A DNA stretch of 64,000 nt from an uncultured Candidatus Rokubacteria bacterium (GTDB lineage Bacteria; Methylomirabilota; Methylomirabilia; Rokubacteriales; CSP1-6), in the NCBI GenBank assembly GCA_963747235.1, contig CAVVEU010000008.1, forward strand, positions 672,001 to 736,000, read 5' to 3'. A program made the translations under genes and the position numbers. Shown in pieces: positions 40,896 to 55,809 of this stretch; the first letter of the stretch is position 1, and each line of letters starts with the position of its first letter. Under the pieces are notes generated by a model. It made no database searches, was not told the origin of the DNA, and saw only the letters and a list, made by a program, of their open reading frames with translations.

Positions 40896-42239
40896 TGGCG
40901 GGGGCGCGCTGCGCCCTTCTCGCCGCCGCGCTGCTGCTCGGGCCGGGCGCGGCGTGGGGGGCGGCCGCGCCCGCGCCGCGCCTGCTGGCCGGCGCGGCCG
41001 GGGTCACCGTGGACCTGCCCGCGGACACGCCGCTCGGCGGCTACGGCGGGTTCCCGCGCCGCGCGTGGATCCCCGATCTCCTCGGCCGCTATCCCGACAC
41101 GTTCTGGTTCCGCCCCGCGGCCGCGGTCCACGATCCGATCAAGGTGCGCGCCCTCGTGCTCGAGGCGGGCGGCGTGCGGCTGCTCTTCCTCGGGCTGGAC
41201 CTGGTCGGGAATGGATCCGTCGCTCCTGGCCGACCTGCGCCGCCGTCTCGATCAGCTCGGCCTGCGCTACGCGGCGGTGATCGCGGCCGCCTCCCACACG
41301 CATTCCGGCCCCGGCGCCTTCGCCCGGTCGAGCCTGTTCGGCCTGCTCGCGCTGGATCGCGAATCGCCGCGGGTACGCGGCCGCATCTACTCGGCGATGG
41401 AGGACGCGGCGCGACAGGCCGAGCGCCGGAAGCGCCCGGCCACCGTCGGCAGCGGGCGGAGCGTGGTGCCCGGGCTCACCGACAGCCGCGTGCGCGAAGC
41501 GGTCGATGACGAGCTGGGCGTGCTCAAGGTGATGGGGACGGACAACCGCCCGGTGGCGGTCATGTGGAACTACGCCATCCACGGCACCGCGCTCGGACGC
41601 GAGAACTTCCAGCTCTCCGGCGACGTCATGGGTGACGCGAGCGCGCGGATCGAGGAGCAGCTCGGGGTGCCCGCGCTCTTCGTCAACGGCGCGGTCGGCG
41701 ACGTGAGTCCCCGCCAGCGCGGCTGGAACGGCGTGGCGGCCGGCGGCAAGGCCCTGTCCGGCGCGGTCGTCGCCCTGTGGCCCCGGATCGCGCCCGATCC
41801 CGACCAGCGCCTGGCCGCCACCTCGGTCACCGCGCTGCTCCCGGCCCCCGGCGTCGAGCTCCGCAACTGCCTGGGGCGGTGGATCCCCCGCGGCACGCGC
41901 CTGGGCCTGCGGGCGGCGCTGCCGCCCTCCGCCGAGGTCTGGGTGGTCGCGGTCGGGCGGGGCGCCTGGGTGGCGATTCCGGGCGAGCCGGACACGCGCC
42001 TCGGCCTCGAGATCAAGACCGCGGGCCGGGCGAGCTTCACGCCGACCTTCGTGGCCGGGGTGTCCAACGCCTACCAGGGGTACTTCCTGGCCGCCGACCA
42101 CTTCCGGACGGCGAGCTACATCTCGTGCGGCAGCCTCTACGGGGAGCGCGGCGGGGAGCTGGTGCGCGACGCGGCGATCGCGGGCCTGCGGGAGCTGGCG
42201 GAGCGGCGCCAGCCCCGGCCGGTCAAGCCGGGGCGTTGA
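40895..42239 (+). CDS. Neutral/alkaline ceramidase-like exported hydrolase (frameshift near 41208)
   Basis: Signal peptide, PLGGYG, HDPIKVRALV, ASHTHSGP, NYAIHGT, NGAVGDVSP, PGE. Confidence 0.75.
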
Positions 42240-42483
42240 GCTTGCGGGCGAGCGAGGACTTGCGGCGGGCGGCGGTGTTGCGGTGCAAGATGCCCTTCGT
42301 GACCGCGCGGTCGATGGCGCGGATGGCCTCGTGCACCACGGTCGCGGAGTCCGCGGCCTTGCCGGTCAGCGCTTCGCGCGCGCTCTTCACGCTGCCGCGC
42401 ACCGCGCTGCGCACCGCGCGATTCCGCAGCCGGCGTTTCTCGTTCTGCCGGATCCGCTTCTTCGCGGAGGGTGTGTTCGCCAA
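42223..42483 (-). CDS. rpsT: 30S ribosomal protein S20
   Basis: TTG start; [26 protein letters not shown]; GAGGAG RBS. Confidence 0.96.
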   Translation of the reverse strand: MANTPSAKKRIRQNEKRRLRNRAVRSAVRGSVKSAREALTGKAADSATVVHEAIRAIDRAVTKGILHRNTAARRKSSLARKLNAPA

Positions 42484-42524
42484 GGGTCCTCTCCTCTTCT
42501 GGGATGCAGCGTGAGCGACACACG

Positions 42525-42553
42525 AGCCTACCGTCGGCACCGCGACGTGTCAA
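42525..42553 (-). promoter_or_regulatory. rpsT sigma70 promoter
   Basis: TTGACA-17 bp-TAGGCT on the minus strand. Confidence 0.7.
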
Positions 42554-42569
42554 GGAGTTCGTCCCCCTC

Positions 42570-44151
42570 GTGAGCGACGCCTCCGACGCCCAGGAGCACG
42601 TCCAGCGCGGCGTGGTGAGCGCGGTGGGCTCGATCGGGCTCGCCACGCTCGCGAGCCGTGTGCTCGGCTTCGTGCGGGACATGGTGGTCGCGCGCGTCTT
42701 CGGGGCCGGCCCGCTCACCGACGCGTTCTTCGTGGCCTTCCGCATCCCGAACCTGCTCCGCCGGCTCCTGGCCGAAGGGGCGCCTGTCCACCGCGGTGGT
42801 CCCGGTCTTCACCGAGACGCTGACCCGCGAGGGGCCCGAGGCCTTCGGGCGCCTCGCGCGCGCGGTGACCGGCGCGGCCATCGTGGTGCTCTGCCTGGTC
42901 GCCGGTCTCGGGGCCCTGGTCGCGCCCCTGGTGGTGACCGTGATGGCGCCCGGCTGGCGCACGGATCCCGAGCTCCTGGCCCTCGCGGTGACCCTCACGC
43001 GCGCGCTGTTTCCGTACCTCGTCTTCGTGGGGCTGGCCGCGCTGGCGATGGGCGCGCTCAACGCGCACCATCGGTTCTTCACCGCCGCGGTCGGGCCCGC
43101 CGTCCTCAACCTCGCGATGATCCTCGCGGTGGTGGGGCTCGCCTCCCGGCTCACCACCCCCATCATGTCGCTGGCGATCGGCGTGCTGGTCGGCGGGCTC
43201 GGCCAGCTCCTGGTCCAGCTTCCCGAGCTGCGCCGGATCGGGGTGCCGCTCCGCCCCTCGCTCGAATGGCGGCACCCCGCGGTGCTGCGCATCGCGCGGC
43301 GTCTCTGGCCCGCGGTGTTCGCGCTGGCCGCGGTGCAGATCACGGTGGTGGTGAACACGCTGCTGGCCTCGCTGCTGCCCACCGGCACCGTCTCGTACCT
43401 GTACTATGCGGACCGCGTGATGGAGTTCCCGCTCGGCGTGTTCGGCATCGCGCTCGCCACCGCCACGCTGCCCAGCATGTCGGCCCAGGCCACGCGCCGC
43501 GAGTTCACCGCGCTGCGCTCCACGCTGGAATTCGCGCTGCGGCTCTCCGCCTTCGTGGCGGTGCCCGCGACGGTGGGGCTCCTGCTCCTGCGCGGGCCCA
43601 TCGTCCAGGTGCTCTTCCAGCGGGGCGAGTTCACCGCCGCCGACGCCGCGCTGACCGCCCAGGCCCTGGCCGGCTACGCGGTGGGACTGCCCGCGTTCTC
43701 GGCCACCCGCATCGCGGCCCAGACCTTCTACGCGCTCGGCGACACGCGGACGCCGGTGATCGTCGGGTTCGTGTCGGTGGCGGTGAACGTGGTGCTGGCC
43801 CTGGTCCTGATGTGGCCGCTGCGCCACATCGGGCTCGCGCTCGCCTCGTCGCTGTCGTCCTACGTCAACGTGATCGGGCTCTGCTGGCTGCTCCACCGCC
43901 GGCTGGGCGGGCCGCGCGGCTCGGAGATCTGGGGGTCGCTCGGCCGCACGGTCGTGGCCACCGCCGCGCTCGCGCTCTGGTGCGCGTGGGTGGAGGGGTT
44001 CCTGCCCGTGTTCCCGGAGCCGGTCGTGCTCGGGCTCGCGCGGATGATGCTGGCGCTGGTGGGCGGCGTGGCGGTGTACGTGGCGATGGCGGCCGCGATC
44101 CGCGCGCCGGAGCTGCGCGCGCTGCTCGGGATGCTGCACGCGCGCCGGTGA
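42570..44151 (+). CDS. murJ: Lipid II flippase MurJ (frameshift near 42780)
   Basis: [46 protein letters not shown]; divergent from rpsT. Confidence 0.95.
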
Positions 44152-44189
44152 TCCTTGCCCAGCGCCCGGCGCCGGTGATAGACTCGGCC

Positions 44190-44291
44190 ATGCTCCTGGA
44201 CTTCGCAGGGGACGCCCCGGTCATGGCCTGGATCCGACGCATCGGCCAATGCCGGGGCCGTCGCTTTTTGGGCCTCCCACTGCGGATGTGA
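44190..44291 (+). CDS. Putative leaderless small ORF (33 aa) upstream of xerD
   Basis: TTGCCC-18-TAGACT-5 bp-ATG; [33 protein letters not shown]; stop 3 bp before the xerD ATG. Confidence 0.35.
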   Translation: MLLDFAGDAPVMAWIRRIGQCRGRRFLGLPLRM

Positions 44292-44294
44292 TCG

Positions 44295-45281
44295 ATGCGC
44301 GCTCGGCTCGGGGCGTCCGCGGAGCGAGGGACCGCGGGAGTCGTCTCCGAAGCCGCGGCGCTGATCGACGGCTACCTCGGCAGCCTCCAGATCGAGCGGG
44401 GCGCCGCGCTGAACACCCTCGCCGCGTACCGCCGTGACCTCAAGGGATTCGAGAGCTTCCTGGCGCGGGAGCACCGCGCGATCGCCGACGTAGGCGTCAC
44501 CGATCTCTCGCGCTACCTGGGCGCGCTGCGCCGGCGGGGCCTCGGCAGCCGCAGCATCGCCCGGCACCTCTCCGCGGTACGCGGCCTCTATCGCTTCCTC
44601 CTCGAAGCCGGGCGCGTGCCGCGCGATCCGACCCAGCACCTCGACAGCCCGCGCCCGGCCCGGCGGCTGCCGCGCACCCTGTCCATGGCGGACGCGGCCG
44701 CCCTCGTCGAGGCGCCCGACACGACGCGCCCGGACGGGCTGCGGGACCGCGCGCTACTGGAGCTGCTCTACGCTTCCGGGCTTCGCGCCTCCGAGGCCCT
44801 CGGCCTGCGGATCGAGGACGTGAACTTCAAGGCGGGTTACGTGATCGTGATCGGGAAGGGGGATCGGCAGCGCCTGGTGCCCGCGGGGGCCCGGGCGCTC
44901 GACTGGGTGCGCCAGTACCTCACCACGATCCGCCCGCGCCAGGTGCGGCGCGAGTGCCCGGCGCTCTTCCTCAATCGCTCGGGCGGGGCCATGTCGCGCC
45001 AGGCCCTCTGGGGCCTCATCCGTCGCGCGGCGCGCCGCGCGGGCCTGCGCGCCGCGATCTCGCCGCACACCCTGCGCCACTCCTTCGCGAGCCATCTGCT
45101 CGAGCGCGGCGCCGACCTGCGCTCGGTGCAGGCCATGCTCGGCCACGTGGACATCTCGACCACGCAGATCTACACGCACCTGCCGTCGAGCGTCGTCCAC
45201 GACATGTACCGGAAGTTCCACCCGCGGGCGGCGCGCGTGACCCGGGTCGCCCGGGCGAGCGGCCTCGAGCGAGCGGGCTGA
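44295..45281 (+). CDS. xerD: Tyrosine recombinase XerD
   Basis: NTLAAYRRDL, LYASGLRASE, GKGDRQRLVP, SPHTLRHSFASHLL, LGHVDISTTQIYTH. Confidence 0.9.
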   Translation: MRARLGASAERGTAGVVSEAAALIDGYLGSLQIERGAALNTLAAYRRDLKGFESFLAREHRAIADVGVTDLSRYLGALRRRGLGSRSIARHLSAVRGLYRFLLEAGRVPRDPTQHLDSPRPARRLPRTLSMADAAALVEAPDTTRPDGLRDRALLELLYASGLRASEALGLRIEDVNFKAGYVIVIGKGDRQRLVPAGARALDWVRQYLTTIRPRQVRRECPALFLNRSGGAMSRQALWGLIRRAARRAGLRAAISPHTLRHSFASHLLERGADLRSVQAMLGHVDISTTQIYTHLPSSVVHDMYRKFHPRAARVTRVARASGLERAG

Positions 45282-45282
45282 G

Positions 45283-49525
<4,243 letters not shown>

Positions 49526-49526
<1 letters not shown>

Positions 49527-50509
49527 TGGATTCCCGGATCGACCGGGCGCGCATCCTGAGCCTGGCCGAGCGCGTGCTGCGGCTCGAGGCCGAGAGCGTG
49601 CTCGCGCTCTGCCCGCGGCTCGACGATCGCTTCGTGGCGGCGGTGGACCGGCTCCACCGGTGCCGGGGCCGGGTCATCGTCACCGGCATCGGCAAGTCGG
49701 GCCTCATCGGGCGCAAGATCGCGGCGACGCTCGCGAGCACCGGGACGCCCGCCTACTTCCTCCATCCCGCCGAGGGCGTGCACGGCGATCTCGGCATGGT
49801 CGCGCGCGAGGACGTGGTGCTGGCCCTGTCGAACTCCGGCGAGACCGACGAGGTGCTGGCGGTGCTGCCCGCGCTCAAGCGGCTCGGCATCCCGCTGATC
49901 CTCCTCACCGGCGCGCCCGCTTCCACCCTGGCGCGCCAGGCCGACATCGTGGTGGACGTGGCCGTGGCCGAGGAGGCCTGCCCGATGAACCTCGCGCCGA
50001 CCTCGAGCACCACCGCCGCGCTCGCCATGGGCGACGCCCTCGCGATGGCGCTGCTCGACCTGCGCGGCCTCGGGCCGGGCGACTACGCGGCGCTCCACCC
50101 GCGCGGCAGCCTGGGCTGGAAGGCGCTCTTCAAGGTCAGCGACCTGATGCATACCGGAGAGGCGCTGCCGCTGGTCTCCGAGCAGGCCACCATGAAGGAG
50201 GCCATCGAGGAGATGAGCGGCAAGGGGCTCGGCATGACCACGGTGGTGGACGCGGCCGGCCGGCTGGTCGGGGTCGTCACCGACGGCGACCTGCGCCGCC
50301 AGCAGCTCGCCCACGGCGCCGCGCTGCTCGAGCGGCGGGCCGCGGAGTGCATGACCACCGGGCCCAAGATCATCGGCGCCGACGAGCTCGCCGCGAAGGC
50401 CCTCTCGATGATGGAGGGCCGCATCACCAGCCTCGTGATCGTGGACGCGGCGGGGCGGCCCGCGGGCGTGATCCACCTCCACGACATCCTGCGCGCCAAG
50501 ATCGTGTGA
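49526..50509 (+). CDS. kdsD: Arabinose-5-phosphate isomerase (SIS+CBS)
   Basis: [38 protein letters not shown]. Confidence 0.95.
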
Positions 50510-51019
50510 GGGCCGCTCCCCGCGCCTCCCGCATCCGCCTGCTCGTCCTCGACGTGGACGGTGTGCTCACGGACGGCGGGCTGCTGTTCACCGCCTCCGG
50601 CGAGGAGACCAAGCGCTTCCACGTCCACGACGGGCTCGCGATGGTGGCCGCGCGCACGGCGGGCCTCCAGATCGCGATCCTCTCCTCGCGCGCGTCCGCC
50701 GCGGTGACCCGGCGCATGGCCGAGCTCGGAGTGGGTGAGGTTCACCAGGGCGTGGCCGACAAGGCCGGCGCCCTGGACGCGCTCCGGGAGCGGCTCGGCC
50801 TGGCCCGCGGGCGAGGTCGCGATGATGGGCGACGACTTGCCGGATCTGCCCGCGATGGCCCGCGCCGGCCTGGCGCTGGCGCCCGGCAATGCCGTGGCCG
50901 AGGTCAAGCGCGCCGCCCACTGGGTGGCGCGCCGGCGGGGCGGGGACGGCGCGGTACGGGAGGCGGTCGAGATGCTCCTAAAGTCCCGCCGCGCTTGGCC
51001 GCCGAGCTCCGAAGGCTGA
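50506..51019 (+). CDS. kdsC: KDO8P phosphatase, HAD family (frameshift near 50805)
   Basis: DVDGVLTDG, GDDLPD, GGDGAVRE. Confidence 0.92.
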
Positions 51020-51035
51020 GCCGCACCTTCTTCAT

Positions 51036-51080
51036 TTGCCACCGCTGTAAAGACTGTGTTAGCGTGGCATGGAGATTGCT
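51036..51080 (+). promoter_or_regulatory. sigma70-like promoter overlapped by a sigma54 -24/-12 box
   Basis: TTGCCA(51036)-18-TAGCGT(51060) with extended TG; TGGCAT-GGAGA-TTGCT at 51065-51080. Confidence 0.7.
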
Positions 51081-51678
51081 ATGAGGAAGGCCCCTATCAT
51101 TATTCTGACGCTCGTCGTGGTATTCATATCCGTGGTGGTGGGCGTGCTCATCCACCGGGCACGGACGCCTCGGGCGATTCCCACCGAGGCCGTCCGCCTC
51201 GAACGCGGATTACCGGCTCAAGCAGGTGCGCCTTCAGGAAACGGGTCGGGATGGATCCCGCTGGCAGCTCGATGCCGAGTACTCCGAGACCTTCGAGGAG
51301 CAGAACACGACGTCGATGAAGAAGGTGACGATCAAGGTGGACCAGCCGTCCAAGAGCGCCACCAGCGCGCGCTCGTGGACGGTCACCGGCGACGAGGGCG
51401 ACCTGAACCAGGAGACCAAGGACGTGGAGCTGCGGGGCAACGTGGTCCTGGTCTCGAGCGACGGCCTGCGGCTCGAGACGCAGCGGCTGCGCTGGGACGC
51501 CGAAGCGCAGCGCGCGTGGACGACCGAGCCGGTCGTCATCTACCGATCGGGCACCGTCGTGCGCGGCACCGGCTTCGAGTCGCGCGTCGCCGAGGAGGCC
51601 ACCAGCATCAAGGGGCGGGTCCGGGCCACGTTCAAGCGCGGCGCGCCCGCCGAGCCGGTCGCCTCCGGGCGTCCATGA
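51081..51678 (+). CDS. lptC: LPS export protein LptC (frameshift near 51190)
   Basis: N-terminal TM then beta-jellyroll (W.L.A, GNV, L.T..L.W); position after kdsC. Confidence 0.85.
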
Positions 51679-52286
51679 ATCGAAGGCTCGCGCTGGCCGC
51701 GGTCGTGGTGTGGTCGGCGGTGACGCTGGCGCCGGCGGCGTGGGCGCAGCCCGTGCCCTCGCGGCCCCGGCCGGCCCGCCCGGCGGCGGCCGCCCAGCCG
51801 ACCGCGCCCCGGCCGGACGGCGCGGGCCCGAGCCAGGAGGGGCGCAACGCCCCGGTCACGGTGGACGCCGACCAGCTCGAGAACCTGCAGAAGGAAGGCC
51901 TCGTGGTCTTCACCGGCAACGTGGTGGCCAACCAGAACAGCTCGACGCAGTACGCGGACCGCATGGAGGTCTACCTCGACGACAAGGGGAACCGCATCGT
52001 CCGCACCGTCTCGACCGGCAACGTGCGGATCATCACCAAGGATTGCCGCACCGGCACCGCGAAGCGCGCCGAGTACTACGACGCCGAGCAGCGCGTGGTC
52101 CTCATCGGCAACGCACGGGTGTGGCGCGACGACAACGTGGTGACCGGCGAGCGCATCACGATCTACCTCGCGGAGGACCGCAGCATCGTGGAGGGCGGCC
52201 AGCAGGAGCGCGTGAAGGCGGTCTTCTACCCCAAGAACCAGGACGAGGCGGCCCGCCCGAAGGTGCCGGCGGGCCAGTGCTCATGA
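51675..52286 (+). CDS. lptA: LPS transport periplasmic protein LptA
   Basis: Signal peptide, PVTVDADQL, FTGNVVA, TGNV, LIGNARV, GERITI. Confidence 0.88.
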   Translation: MNRRLALAAVVVWSAVTLAPAAWAQPVPSRPRPARPAAAAQPTAPRPDGAGPSQEGRNAPVTVDADQLENLQKEGLVVFTGNVVANQNSSTQYADRMEVYLDDKGNRIVRTVSTGNVRIITKDCRTGTAKRAEYYDAEQRVVLIGNARVWRDDNVVTGERITIYLAEDRSIVEGGQQERVKAVFYPKNQDEAARPKVPAGQCS

Positions 52287-52300
52287 ACACCGATCCGGTC

Positions 52301-52414
52301 GTCCGCGGCTGGGGGAGTGCGGGGGCCATTTCGGGGTCCCCGCAGCTGAAGAGCTCTACAGAAGTGAACGGTCGCCCGCGGGGAGCGCGCGCGGGCCATT
52401 TCGGGGCTCCCGCG
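52301..52414 (+). repeat. Two tandem copies of palindromic repeat family A between lptA and lptB
   Basis: GGGGGAGTGCGGGGGCCATTTCGGGGTCCCCGCA (to 52344) and degenerate GGGGAGCGCGCGCGGGCCATTTCGGGGCTCCCGCG (to 52414). Confidence 0.85.
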
Positions 52415-52418
52415 TAAG

Positions 52419-53141
52419 ATGGAAGGCCTGATCGCGCAGGGGCTGCGCAAGCGGTTCCGGAGCCGCGTGGTGGTGAACCGCGTGAGCCTCGACATCCACC
52501 CGGGTGAGGTGGTCGGGCTGCTCGGGCCCAACGGCGCGGGCAAGACCACGTCGTTCTACATGATCGTGGGCCTCCTGCGCCCCGACGGCGGGCGCATCTT
52601 CCTCGAGGGCCAGGACGTCACCGAGCTGCCGATGTACAAGCGCTGCCGGCTCGGCATGGGCTACCTACCGCAGGAGTCCTCGGTGTTCCGCAAGCTCACC
52701 GTCGAGGAGAACCTGCTCGCGATCCTGGAGACGCTCGATCTCTCGCACCAGGAGCGGACGACGCGGCTCGGGGAGCTGCTCGCCGAGCTCGACCTGACCC
52801 GCCTCGCCCAGCACAAGGCCTACACCCTGTCGGGCGGCGAGCGCCGTCGGCTCGAGATCACGCGGGCGCTCGTGACCAGCCCCCGCTACCTGCTGCTCGA
52901 CGAGCCGTTCACCGGCATCGATCCGATCGCGATCGGGGACATCCAGGAGATCGTGGCCCGGCTGAAGGAGCGCGGCATCGGCGTGCTGATCACCGACCAC
53001 AATGTCCGGGAGACGCTCGCCATCACCGACCGCGCCTACATCCTCTACGACGGGCGGATTCTCGCCTCCGGCACCGCGACCGAGCTGGCCAACAATTCCA
53101 AGGCCCGGGAGATCTACCTGGGCGAGAAGTTCTCCCTATGA
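52419..53141 (+). CDS. lptB: LPS export ABC ATPase
   Basis: [47 protein letters not shown]. Confidence 0.97.
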   Translation: MEGLIAQGLRKRFRSRVVVNRVSLDIHPGEVVGLLGPNGAGKTTSFYMIVGLLRPDGGRIFLEGQDVTELPMYKRCRLGMGYLPQESSVFRKLTVEENLLAILETLDLSHQERTTRLGELLAELDLTRLAQHKAYTLSGGERRRLEITRALVTSPRYLLLDEPFTGIDPIAIGDIQEIVARLKERGIGVLITDHNVRETLAITDRAYILYDGRILASGTATELANNSKAREIYLGEKFSL

Positions 53142-54611
53142 AATTGCAACAGCGAATGAGCCAGCGGGTCGTCATGACCCCGCTGCTCCAGCAGGCGATC
53201 CAGCTCCTGCAGCTCTCCACCCTCGAGCTGGAGCAGGTGGTGCGCAAGGAGCTCGAGGAGAACCCGCTCCTCGAGGAGGTGCCGGTCGAGAACGCGGAGA
53301 ACCAGGAGAACCCGGACGCCTCCGCCTCCACCTCCACCCCGGAGACCGCGCCGACCGCGGAGAGCACCGCGGCGCTCGATACGCCCTCGAAGGAGACGTC
53401 CTCGGTCGACAGCGAGAAGGCCGACGATCTGCCCTTCGACCTGTCCGTCCGCGGTCTTCGACGACCACGGCGACGAGCGGACCCCGGTGTCCATGGAGGA
53501 GCGGGACGAGCTGCCCTTCGAGAACCTGGGCCGCGCCGACGCGTCGCTCGGCGAGCACCTGATGGAGCAGCTCCGGCTCGGCACCGACGACAAGGACGTC
53601 CTGCGCATCGGCGAGGCCATCATCGGCAACCTCGACGAGGACGGCTACCTCCGGGCCGACGTGGGCGAGATCGCGGCGGGCATGGGGGCGAGCCCCGACG
53701 CGGTGGAGGCCGCGCTCAAGCTCATCCACGCCTTCGACCCGCCGGGCGTCGCGGCGCGGAGCGTGCAGGAGTGCCTGCTGCTCCAGCTCACCGCGGACGC
53801 GGAGCCCGACCCGGTGTCGGTGGAGATCGTGGAGCGCCACTTCGAGGATCTGGAGCGGCGGCGGTACGCGGAGATCGCGCGGGCCCTGAAGCTGCCGCTG
53901 GAGCGGGTCATGGAGTCGATCGAGGAGATCCAGAGCCTCGAGCCCAAGCCGGGCCGGCGCTTCTCGATCAACGATTCCCGCTACGTGGTGCCGGACGTCA
54001 CGATCCAGAAGGTGGGCGACGACTACGTGGTGATCCTGAACGAGGAAGGCATCCCGCGCCTGCGGGTCAACTCGCTCTACCGCTCGCTGCTGCGGCGGTC
54101 GGGCGACGAGGCCAAGCAGTATGTCGAGCAGAAGCTGCGCAGCGCGGTGTGGCTGATCAAGAGCGTGGAGCAGCGCCAGCGCACGCTGCGAAAGGTCGCC
54201 CAGAGCCTGGTGAACTTCCAGCGCGACTTCCTCGACAAGGGCCTGACCCACCTGCGGCCGCTCGCCCTGCGCGACGTGGGCGACGACATCAGCATGCACG
54301 AGTCCACCATCAGCCGGGTGACCACCAACAAGTACGTGCAGACGCCGCAGGGCCTCTTCGAGCTCAAGTTCTTCTTCCACAGCGGCATCGCTTCCGACAA
54401 CGGCTCGATGGTCTCCTCGGTGTCGGTCAAGAAGACCATCCGTGACATGGTGGCGGGCGAGGACGGGGGCAAGCCCCTCTCCGACCAGGAGATCGCCCAG
54501 TCCCTCCAGGGGCAGGGCCTCACCATCGCGCGCCGCACGGTGGCCAAGTACCGCGAGGAGCTCGGCATCATGCCCTCGCATCAGCGGCGGCTCTCGTCCA
54601 AGAAGCGCTGA
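53138..54611 (+). CDS. rpoN: RNA polymerase sigma-54 factor (frameshift near 53447)
   Basis: [14 protein letters not shown] region [17 protein letters not shown], RpoN box [10 protein letters not shown]. Confidence 0.97.
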
Positions 54612-54622
54612 GGCCCCGGGCC

Positions 54623-54928
54623 ATGCAGGTGATCATCAGCACCCGCGGGATGACCGTCTCCCGGACCTACAAGGACGAGCTCACCCGCCGGCTCGCCAAG
54701 CTCGAGCCGATGCTGCCCGCCCTCGTCGAGACGCGCGCCGTCCTCTCGAAGGAAAAGCACCGTCGCACCGCGGCCCTGACCCTGCTCGCGCGGCGCCGGG
54801 CCTTCCGCAGCCGGGAGACCGCCCCCGACCTCGAGGCCGCGGTGGACCGCGCCGTCGACGCGCTGCGCCGCCAGGTGCGCGAGACGAAGGCGCGCCGACC
54901 CCGCCGCCCCGCGGTGCGGCCGTCGTGA
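54623..54928 (+). CDS. hpf: Ribosome hibernation promoting factor (short HPF/RaiA)
   Basis: MQVIISTRG...DLEAAVDRAVDALRRQVR; directly after rpoN. Confidence 0.8.
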   Translation: MQVIISTRGMTVSRTYKDELTRRLAKLEPMLPALVETRAVLSKEKHRRTAALTLLARRRAFRSRETAPDLEAAVDRAVDALRRQVRETKARRPRRPAVRPS

Positions 54929-55809
54929 CCGAGCCCGTCGCGGCCGAGCCGATCCGCTTCGTCATCATCACCGGGCTCTCCGGGGCGGGGAAGAGCTACG
55001 CGATCAAGTGCCTCGAGGACCTGAACTACTTCTGCGTGGACAACCTGCCGACCACGCTGATCCCCACCTTCGCGGAGCTCTGCGCCCAGTCGAGCCGCGG
55101 CATCTCGGCCATCGCGCTCGGAGTGGACGTGCGGGAAGGCGAGTATCTCGCCAGCATGGTGGGCACGCTGGAGGAGCTGCGGACACGGGGCCACCAGGTC
55201 GACGTCCTCTTCCTGGAGGCGTCGGACGAGTCGCTGGTGCGTCGCTACCACGAGACGCGGCGCCGTCACCCGCTCGCGGGCGAGGGCAACGTGCTCGACG
55301 GCATCCGGGCCGAGCGCAAGGCCCTGGCCCATCTCCGGGAGATCGCCGACCGCATCATCGATACGACCGCGCTCACGGTGCACCAGCTGAAGGACCAGAT
55401 GATCCAGTCCTACGGCCCGCGGGCGGCCCGGGGCGGGCTCACCGTCGCGCTGGTCTCGTTCGGCTTCAAGCACGGCGTGCCCTACGACGGCGATCTCGTC
55501 TTCGACGTCCGGTTCCTCCCCAACCCGCACTTCGTCGAGAAGCTGCGGCCCCTGGACGGGCGCGACCGCGCGGTCGAGGAGTTCGTGATGTCGTTCGCGG
55601 AGAGCCGGGAGCTCCTCTCGCGGCTCGAGGGACTGCTCAAGTTCCTCTTGCCGCTCTACGAGCGCGAAGGGAAGGCCTACCTCACGGTGGCGGTGGGCTG
55701 CACGGGCGGGCGGCATCGTTCGGTGATGATCGTGGAAGCCCTCCGCTCGTTCCTGACCGGTCTCGGCCTGAGTCCGATCGTCAGGCACCGGGACCTGGAT
55801 CGTGAGTGA
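54925..55809 (+). CDS. rapZ: RNase adapter RapZ
   Basis: GLSGAGKS, DNLP, ETRRRHPL, SFGFKHG, DVRFLPNP, GCTGGRHRSV. Confidence 0.95.
   Translation: MTEPVAAEPIRFVIITGLSGAGKSYAIKCLEDLNYFCVDNLPTTLIPTFAELCAQSSRGISAIALGVDVREGEYLASMVGTLEELRTRGHQVDVLFLEASDESLVRRYHETRRRHPLAGEGNVLDGIRAERKALAHLREIADRIIDTTALTVHQLKDQMIQSYGPRAARGGLTVALVSFGFKHGVPYDGDLVFDVRFLPNPHFVEKLRPLDGRDRAVEEFVMSFAESRELLSRLEGLLKFLLPLYEREGKAYLTVAVGCTGGRHRSVMIVEALRSFLTGLGLSPIVRHRDLDRE

Noticed and set aside
44295-45281. Phage or island integrase
   Set aside because: Sequence matches housekeeping XerD in core-gene context; no att repeats, tRNA or cargo seen.
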